Shown piece by piece: positions 27,039-40,664 of a stretch of 64,000 nucleotides of DNA. A program made the translations under genes and the position numbers. Source of the stretch: Octopus vulgaris (Eukaryota); the NCBI GenBank assembly GCA_951406725.2, contig OX597826.1, positions 21,080,001 to 21,144,000 of the forward strand, read 5' to 3'. Within the stretch, counting starts at the first letter, position 1; every line of letters starts with the position of its first letter. A model generated the notes under the pieces. It made no database searches. It was not told the DNA's origin and saw nothing but the letters and a program-made list of their open reading frames with translations.

Positions 27039-28619
27039 TTTAATAAAAATAATACAATGTAGGAGGGTAGAGTATCGCTACCGTTTGATGTTGATGATTG
27101 AAGATTTTGTTGGTTCTTATCTCCAAGAGAATCGGTAAAATTCAACAAGCTGATTTATCATATTGTCACAGCTTGATGAGTTGGTAAGGTGCCGTCGCCT
27201 GAGTGACTGCAGAAGATTTCAGTTCATATCCTACTACCGGCGCTCTTCTCTGTGAATGACGAAGATATCGGATTGTCCATGATATCCCATGCATCGTTGT
27301 GTAAATGGGCATTATAGGAAGTCATTGTTCTCTGCTGCAAGCAGCGGAAGAACGATAATATTACCGAGACATTTTTCATCATCTTTCCAAGCAGATTTTT
27401 AAATATTTTCTGTCCATGAAACTTGACTCAGAGCAACAGTATTTGTGCAGACGCACCTCTGCATGATGGCGGTCAGATGAAAAACCAGTTGATGTCTCAT
27501 GTATCATTGGTTTATACAGTGCAGAACGTCAGTTGTGATTCCCCTGAGTTCTGACAATATCATCTCACTTCAGTGAAGAGTTCAAATAGTTTTATAAATC
27601 TAATAATTGTCGTAGATTTTGTCGACCCACCGTTCTATGTCACATCATACACTTGCGGTGATAACTTAACATAATTAATAGATTCATGACCGTGGGACGA
27701 AATGTATTTGAGGGAACACATTGTAGCGGCACAGCTCTACATAGAGATAAGTACCAGTAATATACTGAAATACGGATTAATATTTATATCTCGCTTCCCT
27801 ATAAAATTCGAATTTGTTCTTGATTAAAAAACAAAATCACTCTCCTGAAACGTATCATTAACTCATCTTGTCATAAGAAATGTGTAAACTGTAATAAGAA
27901 GTAAAATATAACAACCTTTTAATAATACAATAAAAATATTCTCAGAGGACAAGTAGCGCTCGGGGGCGGGCGCCAGGGGTAACTTTTCAATGGCCTTTGT
28001 AAACACTTCACCCCCGTCATTAACACACTTAGCAAATTCCAGAACATGGCATCTTGCATTTCCTGCTATTATAACACAGATATTTCGAGAGGTTATTTTG
28101 GCAGCGTTGGGTCAACTCGTTAAAGCATCAAACAGCAGAATATGTGGTATTGGTTCAAGATCTTTGAGCTGAAATTCTTCTGAGGCCAACTTTGCATTTC
28201 ATCGTTTCTAGTTCAATAAAGTCCCGGGTAGTGCATTGGCAGAATTGATAGAGGGACGTCCGAGATATCTTGTAGTAATTGTTCCAATACTTAATGTTTT
28301 GAGTTCAAATTCTGCCTTCTCTCATCAACTTCATAATGGCAGGAATTGAAACATTTGGAAGTTCGCTAACTGTGATTGGTGTTCAATATCAGACAGAGCG
28401 ATACGTCGATGTGCGTAACATTTTGGTCACATCAATAAAAGAACCAATCACAAAGCTGAATAAATATCCGGACAGAATTAATTAAGAGAAGGTTAGTGAT
28501 TGCTAGGTTTCATTTCTCCAAGACCGATAAAAATCGCAGAGTTGACTTTGGAAACATTAAAATCAGACATATTCTTCAATGGAGTCCAAAGGACCCACAG
28601 CATGGGGTCCATAACTAAT

Positions 28620-29058
28620 TCAATACGGAATTGCATGTTTCTAATAAGATCCCAAAGCTACAATTCTGCATCGACCCCACTACTTCACCGGTACTTTAGT
28701 TTATAGACCCTGAAATGGTGATAGGTAAAATTAACTTCAGTGGGATTTGAACCTAGAAAGGGGAGAGCCGGAACAAATAACGGAAGGCATTTAATCCGGT
28801 ACTCTAAAGATTTTGCCGACCCAACGTTCTATGTCACATAATTGATAATTATTATTTCAGCACAAGGTCTGCATCTTCGTGGGGGGGGGCAGTCGATGAT
28901 GTCGACTCAAGTACTCAACTGGTTACTTAATTAATCGAGCCCCGGAAGAGTGAAAGGCAAAATCAATTTCGCCGGAATTTGAACTCAGAATGTTAAGACG
29001 GATGATATGCCACCAACCATTTTGTCCGGAACGCTAGCGAGTCTATCAGCTCGCCGCT
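28620..29058 (-). mobile_element. Two adjacent degenerate SINEs (family C)
   Basis: Two successive tcgacccc/tcgactc...tttgaac units; the second ends cagctcgccgc. Confidence 0.7.
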
Positions 29059-30249
29059 AAATATGTTATATAATTGATAATCATTATTTTATATCAATAA
29101 AATTTTCCATATTAATGGAAATTATTTCCTTTCTTAAATATAAAACATCCTGCTTTTTTTTTTCTCGCAAACTTCCCATTCTCAATCAGTTTTTCTGTAT
29201 TTCTACAAATTTATCCGACTGCAGAATTCTTTTTCCAATGATTCTCATCCATTTTTACCATTTTAATCAAACCCAATTCAAAATCAGAAACATTCTGTAC
29301 GTCAAGAAGAACTTTAATGGAAATACAAATTCTACGGACATAAATTTGAAAAGATCTTAAAAATCTTACTTTCACATCAAGTTAATAATTAATGGCCTAT
29401 TGGCAAATTAATAATAGTATATTGACTAATTAGTATTGGAGGATAATTAGTAACTGTGGACCTTCTTAATCTTGTTGTCTCATAACAAGATTATAAACAT
29501 GGCTGCGGGCAGAGGGTCAAATCGAGACATTACTTACTCGAGATTTCTTCAGCTAATCTCTGTTTACTATCCTTGACTCTCTCGTAACATTTTTTGCTTT
29601 CAATCGGGGAATATTATATTATTGTTCATGTTGTTATTGCTGCTGCTACTGCTGCTGCGGCTGCTGGTTAACCCCAGGTTACTAGTGACCACCTTCTGTG
29701 GGACTATTTTATGCTGAGTATTATTTTTAAGGTGGCAAAGCTCGGTGGTGTGAAGGCTATTTGCTTGCTATTTCAAGCAAATCAAATGAACACCTAGAAG
29801 CACCCTCATTGATTCATGATATTGTTTCATCATATCTCATGTATGTATGCATGTGTGTGTGCAGACATTTATATTCGCACGCGCAAATACAGTCATTAAG
29901 CAAGACCGTTCCGTTTCGAATTTACATATAAGCTATAGATTCTGGTCCCCAAAACGACAAAATAAAAGTTTACTTCGGCAGCATTTGAACTCAGAGCACA
30001 ATGAATCGGATCGTCTACTACAAAGCACTCCATCCGACACCGCTCTAACGGCTCTGCCTGTTTACCATTCGCTAATTAGAATCTTCCGCAAAATACATTT
30101 TTATTTCTGTAGAACAGGTTTAAAATGAAGAATATATTCTCAATATAAAGTGCCAGTGTTATCGATTTATCAATTCTGATGATTTGAACATATTCCTGCT
30201 GATATGGAAACTCTTAATTACTACATTAGAAAATTTGTAGAACTCTAAA

Positions 30250-30460
30250 TTAAATAGGTATCTGTTGGAACTACACCTCCATCTGGTTGATAAAGATGAA
30301 GACATTTGCTGGCAAATTCTCAAAAAGGCAAAACCATTATCAGATGACACGTGGCACTGGAACGATCTATTTATCGGCAGAGAGTGCTGCAGCAGTTGGC
30401 CGAAGAAGAGCTGTTGTTTGGACGTGTATGTTTGCTTACAATCATAACTGGTGACATTTC
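30250..30460 (+). mobile_element. Possible relic of a Penelope-like GIY-YIG endonuclease C-terminus
   Basis: DICWQILKKAKP resembles the I.W.IL.KA.PY segment of PLE endonucleases; heavily decayed. Confidence 0.45.
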
Positions 30461-30846
30461 CCAGATGTTTAAGCTGGTTAATAAATAAACAGGTTATGTT
30501 AAATTATTTCTGAATGTTCCCGTTTTCTTTCAACTCTGCCATCAACATCAATAAAGCGACAGGCTAACCTAATTGGCGACTAAAAATCCTTGAAATCTTA
30601 GTATTTCACTTTTATTCAAGAGTTCTTCAAAAGTGCCGATCAATTTCGAAAGCTATTTAATTCGATAGAGATAAAGATTGGCATCGTTGTTATGTCCATG
30701 ATGTGATTACAGAAGACTAATTCAATCTTAGCACGGAAATTATGAAATATTACTGAACTTTTACAATAACGAAATAAATAAAATGAAATTGGAACAAAGT
30801 TAAGCAACGAGCGAATCGCCATTTTGTAATCAGCCGTCAGTAAAGT

Positions 30847-30886
<40 letters not shown>

Positions 30887-31841
30887 CTCCGTGTCTGTGC
30901 GTATCCTGTGTGTGTGTCTTTATACGTGCGTATATCTGTATATGTATGTGTGTTTTTATACGTATGTGTGCCTGCGTATGAGTTCTGTATATTGATGAGT
31001 CTTTATATAAGTTTATGTGTGTGTGCGTGTATCTGCGTTTGTGCCTGTGTGAGTTTTGTATATACATGAGTCTTTATACTTCATACGTGTGTGCGCGTGC
31101 GTACATGAGTGTGTGTCTGTGTGTTTGTGTGTGTGTATGCGTACGTGAACGTGTGTGTGTAAGTTGTGGTTATTGTAACCAATACAACAGAAATCGCGTT
31201 GATTTAATAATTCGAAAGTCACAACCTATATTTTCGAGAATATGAGTGAAAAAATATCTAAAATGCCAAAAAAATTTCGTCTGTATTTTACTAATTTTGG
31301 GCTTCTTAATGACTTTCTGAGTTCTTAAAAAATCATTCTTTCCCATCTGAAAACTGCTTCGACAAAGTATGACATCTAATAACCAGTTTACCCTTCTGCA
31401 ATCACTAACATTTCAACGATGCTGTCTGAAAATCTGAGAACATACTATTACTACAATAGATTAGATTAACCAATCTCAGCTCCTCTTTTAATCACATGAC
31501 CTTCTGACCACTGATGTTAAAACTTGGGAAATAATACAATATATCATTCATATAAAACGTTAGACAACTTTTAAAAATTAAATGTTTATATATACATACT
31601 TATATATGTGTGTTTGCATGCATACATGCCCGTGTCTATATGTTTGTATAGGTATATGTATGTGTGTGTGTGTGTATTATATATATATATATATATATAT
31701 TTATATAAATAGATATGTGTATGTATATATACATTACATATGCGTATATATATGTATTTATATGTATGTATATATATATATGTGTGTGTGTGTGCGTGTG
31801 TGTGTGTGTACATATATGTATATACATATACATATATGTAT

Positions 31842-31928
<87 letters not shown>

Positions 31929-31937
31929 GTTGTTTGT

Positions 31938-32010
31938 TATGGCCGGTCAGAGAGTGACCATTGGTTTCGCACCTATAAAGCTTTAACTGTATAGACGATT
32001 CGTTAAACCC
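31938..32010 (-). ncRNA. Decayed hammerhead motif, same family as 56280-56350
   Basis: Minus strand tttaacgaatcgtctatacagttaaagctttataggtgcGAAACcaatgGTCactctctgaccggcc aligns with 56279-56347; core mutated (TTAACGA). Confidence 0.65.
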
Positions 32011-32321
32011 AAACACACACACACACACACACACACATTAAGAGAGACAAGCGATAAAATGAGAGAATTGTGATCTGCTAATCATAGTGGTTCGCAAGTA
32101 AGAAAGAACTCAATCATAAGGGGGGAAAGGAGGATGAAGAGGGGGAAAAGATGGAGAAGAAGAGGAGAAAAGGAAAGGAAATAGAGACGTGCGAGAGCGA
32201 GGGGGAATAATGCCTATGTGTGTGTGGGGGGGGTATAGTTGCAATTTATAGAAAAACAAAAGACAAAGACAGGTGTATGAACAACAAGATGTATTAGTTT
32301 GACGCTCGGGAAGGTGAGAAA

Positions 32322-32361
32322 GTATTTTACGTTTCGAGCCTATGCTCTTCAACAGAAAGGA
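32322..32361 (-). ncRNA. Minimal PLE-type hammerhead variant (core CTGTTGA)
   Basis: Minus strand ttt-CTGTTGA-a-gagc-atag-gctc-GAAAC-GTA-aaa. Confidence 0.55.
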
Positions 32362-32775
32362 ACATGAATAAATAAACAGAGAGAAGATGGAAAAACTGTG
32401 GATTTAGCGATCGAGCATTGTGACTGGTTGGGAAAAAAAGATTTGACAGGAGAGGTAGAAAGAAGGGGAGATAATAAAGTATTGGTTATCCCAAAACGAA
32501 GGTGTGTGTACGTGTATGTGTATGTGAGAATGTGTGTGGATAGGGGCTAGTGATTCTGACGTGTGTGAATGTGTAAGTAAGTGTGCGCGTCTGTAATGTG
32601 TGTGTGGAGTGATGTGGGGTGGTGTAGTGTGGTGTGGTTGTGGTGTGGTGTGGGAGTGTGTAGTGGAGGTGTGGGCGTAGGAGTAGGGCATGTGGGGGTA
32701 TATATATATATGTATTACAACAAAGATTTTATATCTTGGACATAGAGTCACCCAAGGTTTATATATATATATATT

Positions 32776-32867
<92 letters not shown>

Positions 32868-33122
32868 AATAAATAAAAAATATATATAATGATAGTGGGG
32901 GGTTAGTAAGTTAGATAAAGACAAGTAGGCTTGAGACTTGTGTTTACAAGGTGCACAAGTGCAGATTACATAATGAAGAAAACAGGGAACAAAGTTGAGA
33001 AAATTTATATTAAGTTTTACCTCGACAGCTGTTTCAAGACAACCATAACCTACGTAATCATCATATTGATATGTAATATGTGCATGATGTCAATAGGTGT
33101 GTGTCCTGCGACAAGTCTCTTC

Positions 33123-33196
<74 letters not shown>

Positions 33197-33285
33197 TATA
33201 AACAGACAGACAGAGATAAATAGACGGGCGTACAAAAGGATAGATAGATAGACATGCAGACAGTCAGACAGATAGACAGTTAGGC

Positions 33286-33368
<83 letters not shown>

Positions 33369-33377
33369 CAAACAGAT

Positions 33378-33428
<51 letters not shown>

Positions 33429-33979
33429 ATTCTTAAGTTACATTTCATGGTTTTGAAATGTCAGGATAGAGAGTATAGTTGCTCTCTATTTAAAATCAAA
33501 TCCAGACTTTAAGGAAACTTGGGAAATTTAGCGTCAGTAAAATTTTTGCAAGTTTAATTGCAAGTAGGTATCCAAAATCTAATGTTTTGCACTTTTGGCT
33601 ATCTTTGAAATATTACTTGGCATTTGCTTCTCTACAACGTGACAACACTGTTTTCTTGTTTCATCTCAGACAGATGGAAGAAAGACTCGAAGACTCCAGG
33701 AGCCGGAGTTTAAATTTTTGGCGGGCATTAACACATAACACAGGTATCCTTCTTTTGTCTGTATAACCTACAACTCATCTAGCAGCATTTTGTTGAGTTA
33801 TATATGAGCGACATTTTACAAGAAACACAAGACGCTTTCCCTTTTGTTTTAGCTTAAAGTCAATACATTTGTCAATCTAGACCCTCCCGTGGTGTCTTGT
33901 TTTTGATGCTCATTAGCTTTACTCACATATATATACAGAACTCGCACACAGGCACACTCGCAGACACACGCACGCACAC

Positions 33980-34054
<75 letters not shown>

Positions 34055-34093
34055 TGTATAAAGACATCAATATATTCTTTAGCCGAACCGTCC

Positions 34094-34173
34094 GAGTGAT
34101 GGAACAGGCGCTGCTGACGAGTTTAGAAGTGATAGACGAAAAATAGTCTACAGGAGTGTTCCTAGCATCGCTC
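34094..34173 (+). ncRNA. Type I hammerhead candidate with extended, bulged stem I
   Basis: ctg/cag, ggaaca/tgttcc and gagtgat/atcgctc pairings; CTGACGA 34114-34120; stem II gttta/tagac; GAAA 34138-34141; one mismatch in stem III. Confidence 0.7.
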
Positions 34174-34219
34174 AATATGCAGTTATTACTCCAGTCAGCG
34201 CTTCATAGAACATTAAGGG

Positions 34220-34268
<49 letters not shown>

Positions 34269-34335
34269 CATAAGTCTATGTACTATGTATTTGAACATAT
34301 ATGTGAATGTATGCCTATGCATGTATATATGTATG

Positions 34336-34399
<64 letters not shown>

Positions 34400-35140
34400 C
34401 ATATATATATATCATATATTATATATACATATGTATATACACATATATGTATACACTGATATATATGTATATACAGATAAAATATACAAATACATATCTA
34501 TGTATGCGTAACGGCCATATATTTATAGTATACACAAACATGCACACATGTGCATACATAAATATGTGCGCGCGCGTGTGTGTGTGTGGGTGTGCGTGTG
34601 TGCGTGTGTGTGTATTCACGTCCATAACTATAAATGTGGCTCGAGAATATCAAAAGTAAATTAATGACTTTCGTTTCAGTAGTTAATGGATGTAATATTT
34701 AAAGTTGTTGAAAAGTTAATGAAACCAGTTACATGTGAAAGCCTTCTTCAAAACTCACTTAATCTTATTAGAAAGAAGAAATAAACTATGAACGATGACA
34801 AGCTTTTTTCTATTTCGTCTTCCTTCTGTTCTTTTATTCAGGTTTTATTTTTTTACATCTGTCCATTAGCAAATATGTTTCCGTTCTTTGGAAATATCTT
34901 TATTGTATTAGTATTCCAAGAACCGGTTTTTCTTCCTTTCATAATGACCATTCTTTTGAACAGACTAAATCTTGATAGCTTTAATTTACAGAGAAATAAC
35001 GAGACATAGACTCCTCACTAAATATTTCTCATTGAAACTTCATTTAATATTATTATTATCATCACCACCACCATCATCACCATCATCATATCGCTGTTGT
35101 TGTCAATCCGAGGCGTGGTTATTGCCTGTTAAAAGTATTA

Positions 35141-35220
<80 letters not shown>

Positions 35221-36507
35221 TTTATTTCATCCCACTCTTTTGGCAGCTTAGCATCAATCGAAGTGCAGTATTGAATTTGTTCCAACTTGTCTTTTGCTGC
35301 TGTTTTTTTTTTTTATTATTTTTATTTTTAGGAGATAGATATTTCTATAACAAACAAACTCGTATTAATTGCATTAAAATCCTGGATACTTTTAATGAAA
35401 CATTCACACCCTTTTCTTTTGATCGTTGCCAGAGCTGTGTCGCCATCGTTCATTCAAATGCATGCGCACTAGCCTCGGATTCTCAGAGAAAAGCTTTCAT
35501 TTGCAGGAGGCTGGTCACCGAAGCTACAAGACTTTGTTTCAAGTGCTTCTCTACCAGCCACTTCCAATCAAAACTGTGCCTTTAACAGTTAAGTCTGCTA
35601 CTGGCTCCATTTCTGAAGCAACTTTAATCTTTTAATAGAACCTTATACAAGACAAATCTTTTTGTCTATCTTTATAAGACATTTTAATTTCTGATTCCAA
35701 TCATCAAAGAGAAATAACGCATCCTACGTAATCCGATCGATCTCCTCCTATCACACTACATTTCGAATAAATATACCATCGTTATTCCTTTGTTGTTGCA
35801 GGTCAAATAAGATGGGGCCTTTTTTTTCTCTCTATTTTCAGATATTTTATTAATGTAATTCCAATATTTGCTCCGCTTCAGTTCCAACTATTTTATCTAT
35901 CTTCAGATATTTTTCTACTTAATTTATTCATGAATAATAGGATATGCAAATTCGAAATGTGCGAATATATTCCGTCGTTTTCTACTATTTTCTCGCTTTT
36001 TGTTAATATTTATAGCAAACCAACCGGTACCGCCGCCGTTGTTGTTGCTGCAATCTCTATTGCTTCGCTTTTAATAAATATGGATTTTGGTTGGTTTCAT
36101 GTTTTCTTCCTGCAAAGCCGCCTTCCATCTATAATAATTGCTTTCTTCTCTTTCATTCACCTCACATGCTTTTGTTGGTTTCTCTCTTTTGTTGGCTCCG
36201 CTTGTTGTTGCTGTTGTTGTCGTTGTTTATGTTCATTTACTTACCTTACATCAGATAGAATAATATTTTATTTATTGGTGCAGCAGCCAAACATACTTGC
36301 TGCTGCAACTGCTGCTATTGCTGTTGCTGTTGCAGTGAGACATCCTTGTCCACCGACGCTTTGCACCACCCCCAGCCATCCAACCACTGTTCACCGTTAC
36401 ATTGTTTACTAGTGCTTTATTCTTCCCAGTTCACTAATGGCCCTCGATTGTATGACATCTTTCAAGCGTCTGTATTGTAAAATGTAGTTTCTGTGTGTAT
36501 ATATACA

Positions 36508-36560
<53 letters not shown>

Positions 36561-36573
36561 ACATATATATATG

Positions 36574-36619
<46 letters not shown>

Positions 36620-36723
36620 ATAATATAATATAATATTATATATATATATGTACTTCAAATTAATATCCAGAAAATGGAGAAGTAGCATTAATATAATTCA
36701 TTAATCGCAATAATTCAACATGT

Positions 36724-36808
36724 TCTCTTACAGCTGTTTCGATTTTGCCCAAAAGAATTAAATTCCAGTAATTAAAACATTTTACTGCGCAAAATCTCGT
36801 CAGAGGAG
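36724..36808 (-). ncRNA. Type I hammerhead ribozyme with 8-bp stem II and enlarged loop II
   Basis: Minus strand ctcct-CTGACGA-gattttgc-[40 nt]-gcaaaatc-GAAAC-agct-GTA-agag; stem I imperfect. Confidence 0.8.
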
Positions 36809-36918
36809 TAAAAATGATATATCGTTAGGTTATTACATGTTATTCTTCCAAAACACGTCAATAGTCTGTGTGTGCATGTGTGTGTGTGTAATGCACTATA
36901 TATATATATATATTATAT

Positions 36919-37184
36919 GGCGCAGTGGTTAGGGCAGCGGACTCGCGGTCGCAGGATCGTGGTCTCGATTCCCAGACCGGGCGTTGTGAGTGTATATTGA
37001 GCTTCGGCATGGGGTGGTAATCCCTGCTGTACTCTTTCACCACTCTTTCTCCCACTCTTTCTTCTGTTGGCCTGCTCGCTTAGCCAGCGGGGTGGCGTCA
37101 TTCGAAGGCTAAAACAATGTGAACGCATTGTGACCAGCGATGTGTAACAACATCTGATGGTCTGGTCGGTCACGTGATCACGTG
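36919..37184 (+). mobile_element. tRNA-derived SINE (family D), internally deleted
   Basis: Near-identical to the reverse complement of 20597-20901; the ORF track shows matching translations. Confidence 0.9.
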
Positions 37185-38024
37185 ATATTATATTATATTA
37201 TATACTGTATATATGTGTGTGCACACTGCACATAGAAAGGGGGCCTGTTTTCTTTCAAACCTGTCATTAAAGATACAACATTTCTTTTTTATTAACCATT
37301 TTTCATATTTTCTTATTAGTCTTTTATGTTTGGTTCAGAACAGTTGCGTTCCTAAACCCAATAATGTTTAAAAAAAACCCTTGCTTTCATTATCAGGATT
37401 TAACCGACGAAAACTTTTATATTTTTGGTGTTGATAATTTTTTCACTTACAGCAAAATTTCCATGATCCTCTGTGACTCACTGCAAAGCGCGCGATCAAC
37501 TCGCTATTATCACTATCATTATCATACTGACATTGAGGAGGCGATACTGAATCCTTTATTCTTTCGTTGATCGAATTAATCCTCCCAGTTAAGACCTCAT
37601 CATCTCTGTAATCAAAATAAACAATTCCCCGAAATCATTATGTAGTGGTTATATATATATATTCAGTACAAGGTGTTCATGTCGCTGCGTGTATATTTTT
37701 ACAAGAGTTCATAAAGACATGAAGAATAAATTCAAGAACTATATATTTACTACATAAAAATATTTTTTATTTACTGGTCGATGATGATACATAATCAAAC
37801 TGTAGAATCTAGTTGAATGAAGTAATCTATGCAAGAAAATTCAGAGATAGAAAATATAGAAATAACAGCTAAATGATGGTTTTCAGTCACGTGGTGTAGA
37901 GAAATAGATGGACATAGCAATAATGTGAATGACGATCTTCTCATCGCTAGTTCTTTCGAGAAAGAATATGAGAAATTTCGACATCAGGAATGGGGCGATC
38001 TAACATAGAGACACGAGAAAGTTT

Positions 38025-38670
38025 TTATTTAACATCGTCAAAAGTTTGTATTTTAGCAGAAATTAAAGTTATCTTTTCTTTTCTCTTCTTGTGGTGTTGT
38101 AGAAATTTGTTGAGGGGGTATAAAATTTCAGCACAATGACGTATAAAACGTCGATAGAAATTAGCTAATCCGAGAAATTGTCTGAGCTTTCTTAATGAAA
38201 CAGGAACTGGAATTTTTACGATAGCCTTAACCTTTTCTGGCAAAGGCCTAATTCCATCCTTATCAATGGTGTGTCCAGGGAAAGCGAGAGAAGGCACACC
38301 GAAAATACATTTGGTGGCGTTGATACTAATTTTGTATTGAGAAAGCCTTTCGAAAAGTTGCTTCAAATGAACTACATGTTCTTTCTCGGAAGATCTAGCG
38401 ATGAGAAGATCGTCGATATAGGCGCAGACGAAATCTAATCCACGTATTACTTTTTCAATGAAACGTTGAAAAGTACTGGCGGCGTTCCTTAGTACAAAGG
38501 AAATTCAAATGACTCGAATGGAATTGCAATAGCCGTCTTCGGAATATCATTTGGGTTCACATGAATCTGATGGTATGCTCGTATCAAATCTATCTTTGAG
38601 AAAATAGTGCAACCGTGCAGAAAAGTTACAAAATCTTGATTATGTGGTATAGGATACCTATCTGAAATGG
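38025..38670 (-). mobile_element. Ty3/Gypsy reverse transcriptase fragment
   Basis: YPIP, FSKIDLIRAYHQI, IPKTA, NAASTFQRFI, AYIDDLLIA, KCIFG, LRQFLGLANFYRRFI. Confidence 0.93.
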
Positions 38671-39699
38671 TAATAATTTTACAAATTTTCGAAATCCCAG
38701 AAAACAGTTCATGTGTAGCAAATAAAACATTCGTCCTTCAAATGGCCATTCCTATCTTAAAAACAGGAATAGCCTTTGGGACTCAAACCTACATCATTTG
38801 TAGAACCTCTGTCATGTTTCCAACCCCATCGGCAGCCTTCCATTGACTTTTCGATTCAAAAGTGTGTTTTTTAACCTAATATTCACACGCTATTATATAT
38901 TGCTTTATCTGCTTCGAGTTTCACCGGTCTCAAAAGCAATTATTACACGTTATGTCCAAGTTTCTAAAATATTTAGACATCAACAACAAACAATTCTTGC
39001 TGGTAAGAATAAAATTTCGAAGATGCAAAGAGAAATTCGAAGGTTTGACTTTGGTGCAATGGTCGAACGTGTCATATGTGTTTAGATAACGTAACGTGGA
39101 CGCAATATTTCATTGCTTTTGATTCTGGGTTTAAGTTCAATTAATATTGATTATCTAACAGAAAAAGTCTTATTAATTTTAGGAGCAGTTATTAAGCCAT
39201 CTAAAATGGCTCTCCATTGGTTTCAGCGATGACCATTGAGTCGTTTTATCAACTGAACTTTCTCACACATTGGATTAACGTGTAAATGGCTGAGTATTCC
39301 ATAGACGGGTGTACCCTTAACGTAATTCTCAGACAGAAACAGCGTAACACAGTGTGACGAGACCGGACTATTATATTACAGATATAATTCAGATTCCAGA
39401 TTTCTACAGATGTTGTCTACCCGAGAAGACACTTCACCAATGTTCCATACAGTATTATCAAACCAGGGCGTTCGTGATTGCAAAGCAAACTTCTGAACCA
39501 CTTGACCATTCTGCGTCCATATTAAATCGGGATCTAGATTATGTAAGAGGGATGTCGCTGTATTGTTGTGAAGCTTAAATCAAGGTAATCGAGATTGCAT
39601 ATCTGCAATTCAATACGGAAGTTGTAATAATAAAAGAGTATTTTTTTTCTTTTCTTTTCATCAACCTAATCAATTCTGTTTCATTTGGTTTGATAAAGA

Positions 39700-39900
39700 C
39701 TTTATGGAAATAGTCTTAATCTTCAAAATATTCTTAGCTAATATGAAGACAGTCTTTAGACATTATGAAGACGCCCTTAATTTTCACGACCGTCTTCAGA
39801 CATTCTGGAAACGGTCTTAATCTTCAAGACACTCTATAAACATTCGAGACATTCTTAGTCTTGGAGACAGTTTTTAGATATAATCAAAATAATCTTAATT
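39700..39900 (+). repeat. Degenerate minisatellite, period about 39 bp
   Basis: Recurring gtcttaatcttcaagac and gtctttagacat motifs. Confidence 0.7.
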
Positions 39901-40582
39901 TAAAAACTAACGAAGTCAAAGCTAATCTCCAAGAATCCACTGACGATAACAACAGAGAGATTCTGTTTGAAATATTTGAGATTTTAATTTCCTGACTTCA
40001 ATTAAAAAGTTGGGCAGAATTTGCATAACTTTTTTAGGCAACAAACACTTTCAAGTTGCTCGCCAATAACCATTGCATACGAATAAATATAACTCTTTTC
40101 TTCACTTTATATACACACAGTTTCTAACTAAACGACAAAGCATCGTTTTTTTTTTACTTTTTCTTTATTCAGTGAAATTAAAGCCGCAAAGGTTAGCAGT
40201 CAAGAATGGCTGGAATCAAAGTTCCAAACAAGGAATACAGATGTCAAAGAAAATATGGTATGACAAAGGTCCTTTTGTTTTTGCAAATTTTCTCAATAAA
40301 CTTTCCAGTTTAACGAACCGAAAATATGAGTAGTTGTAATGTTTGTTGTAATGTTTGTTAACCCAGCAAAGTGTTTGCTTGGATAATTTGGAGAAATCCT
40401 TCATTTATGATCGGTTCCATTTCTCTTTTTATGTCTCAAAACGACCAAAATGATTGCAGTCTAATCAAAATTCTTCTGCGTTAATTACTCGAAACGTGAT
40501 CTCATCTATTATCGTCATTAAACAAAAACTATTATAATTGCTATTGTCATCATCATCACCCTCGTTATCCTCATCATCATCA

Positions 40583-40664
<82 letters not shown>

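Noticed and set aside
35380-35635. Higher-complexity segment as a host exon
   Set aside because: No recognisable protein similarity or convincing splice context; cannot be excluded without RNA-seq.
36919-36985. Possible tRNA gene
   Set aside because: It is the head of a SINE with a second copy at 20597-20901; no complete cloverleaf.
39934-39983. CTGACGA...aacaga/tctgtt...GAAA hammerhead-like string
   Set aside because: Stem II is offset from the core, and stem III and the cleavage triplet are not credible.
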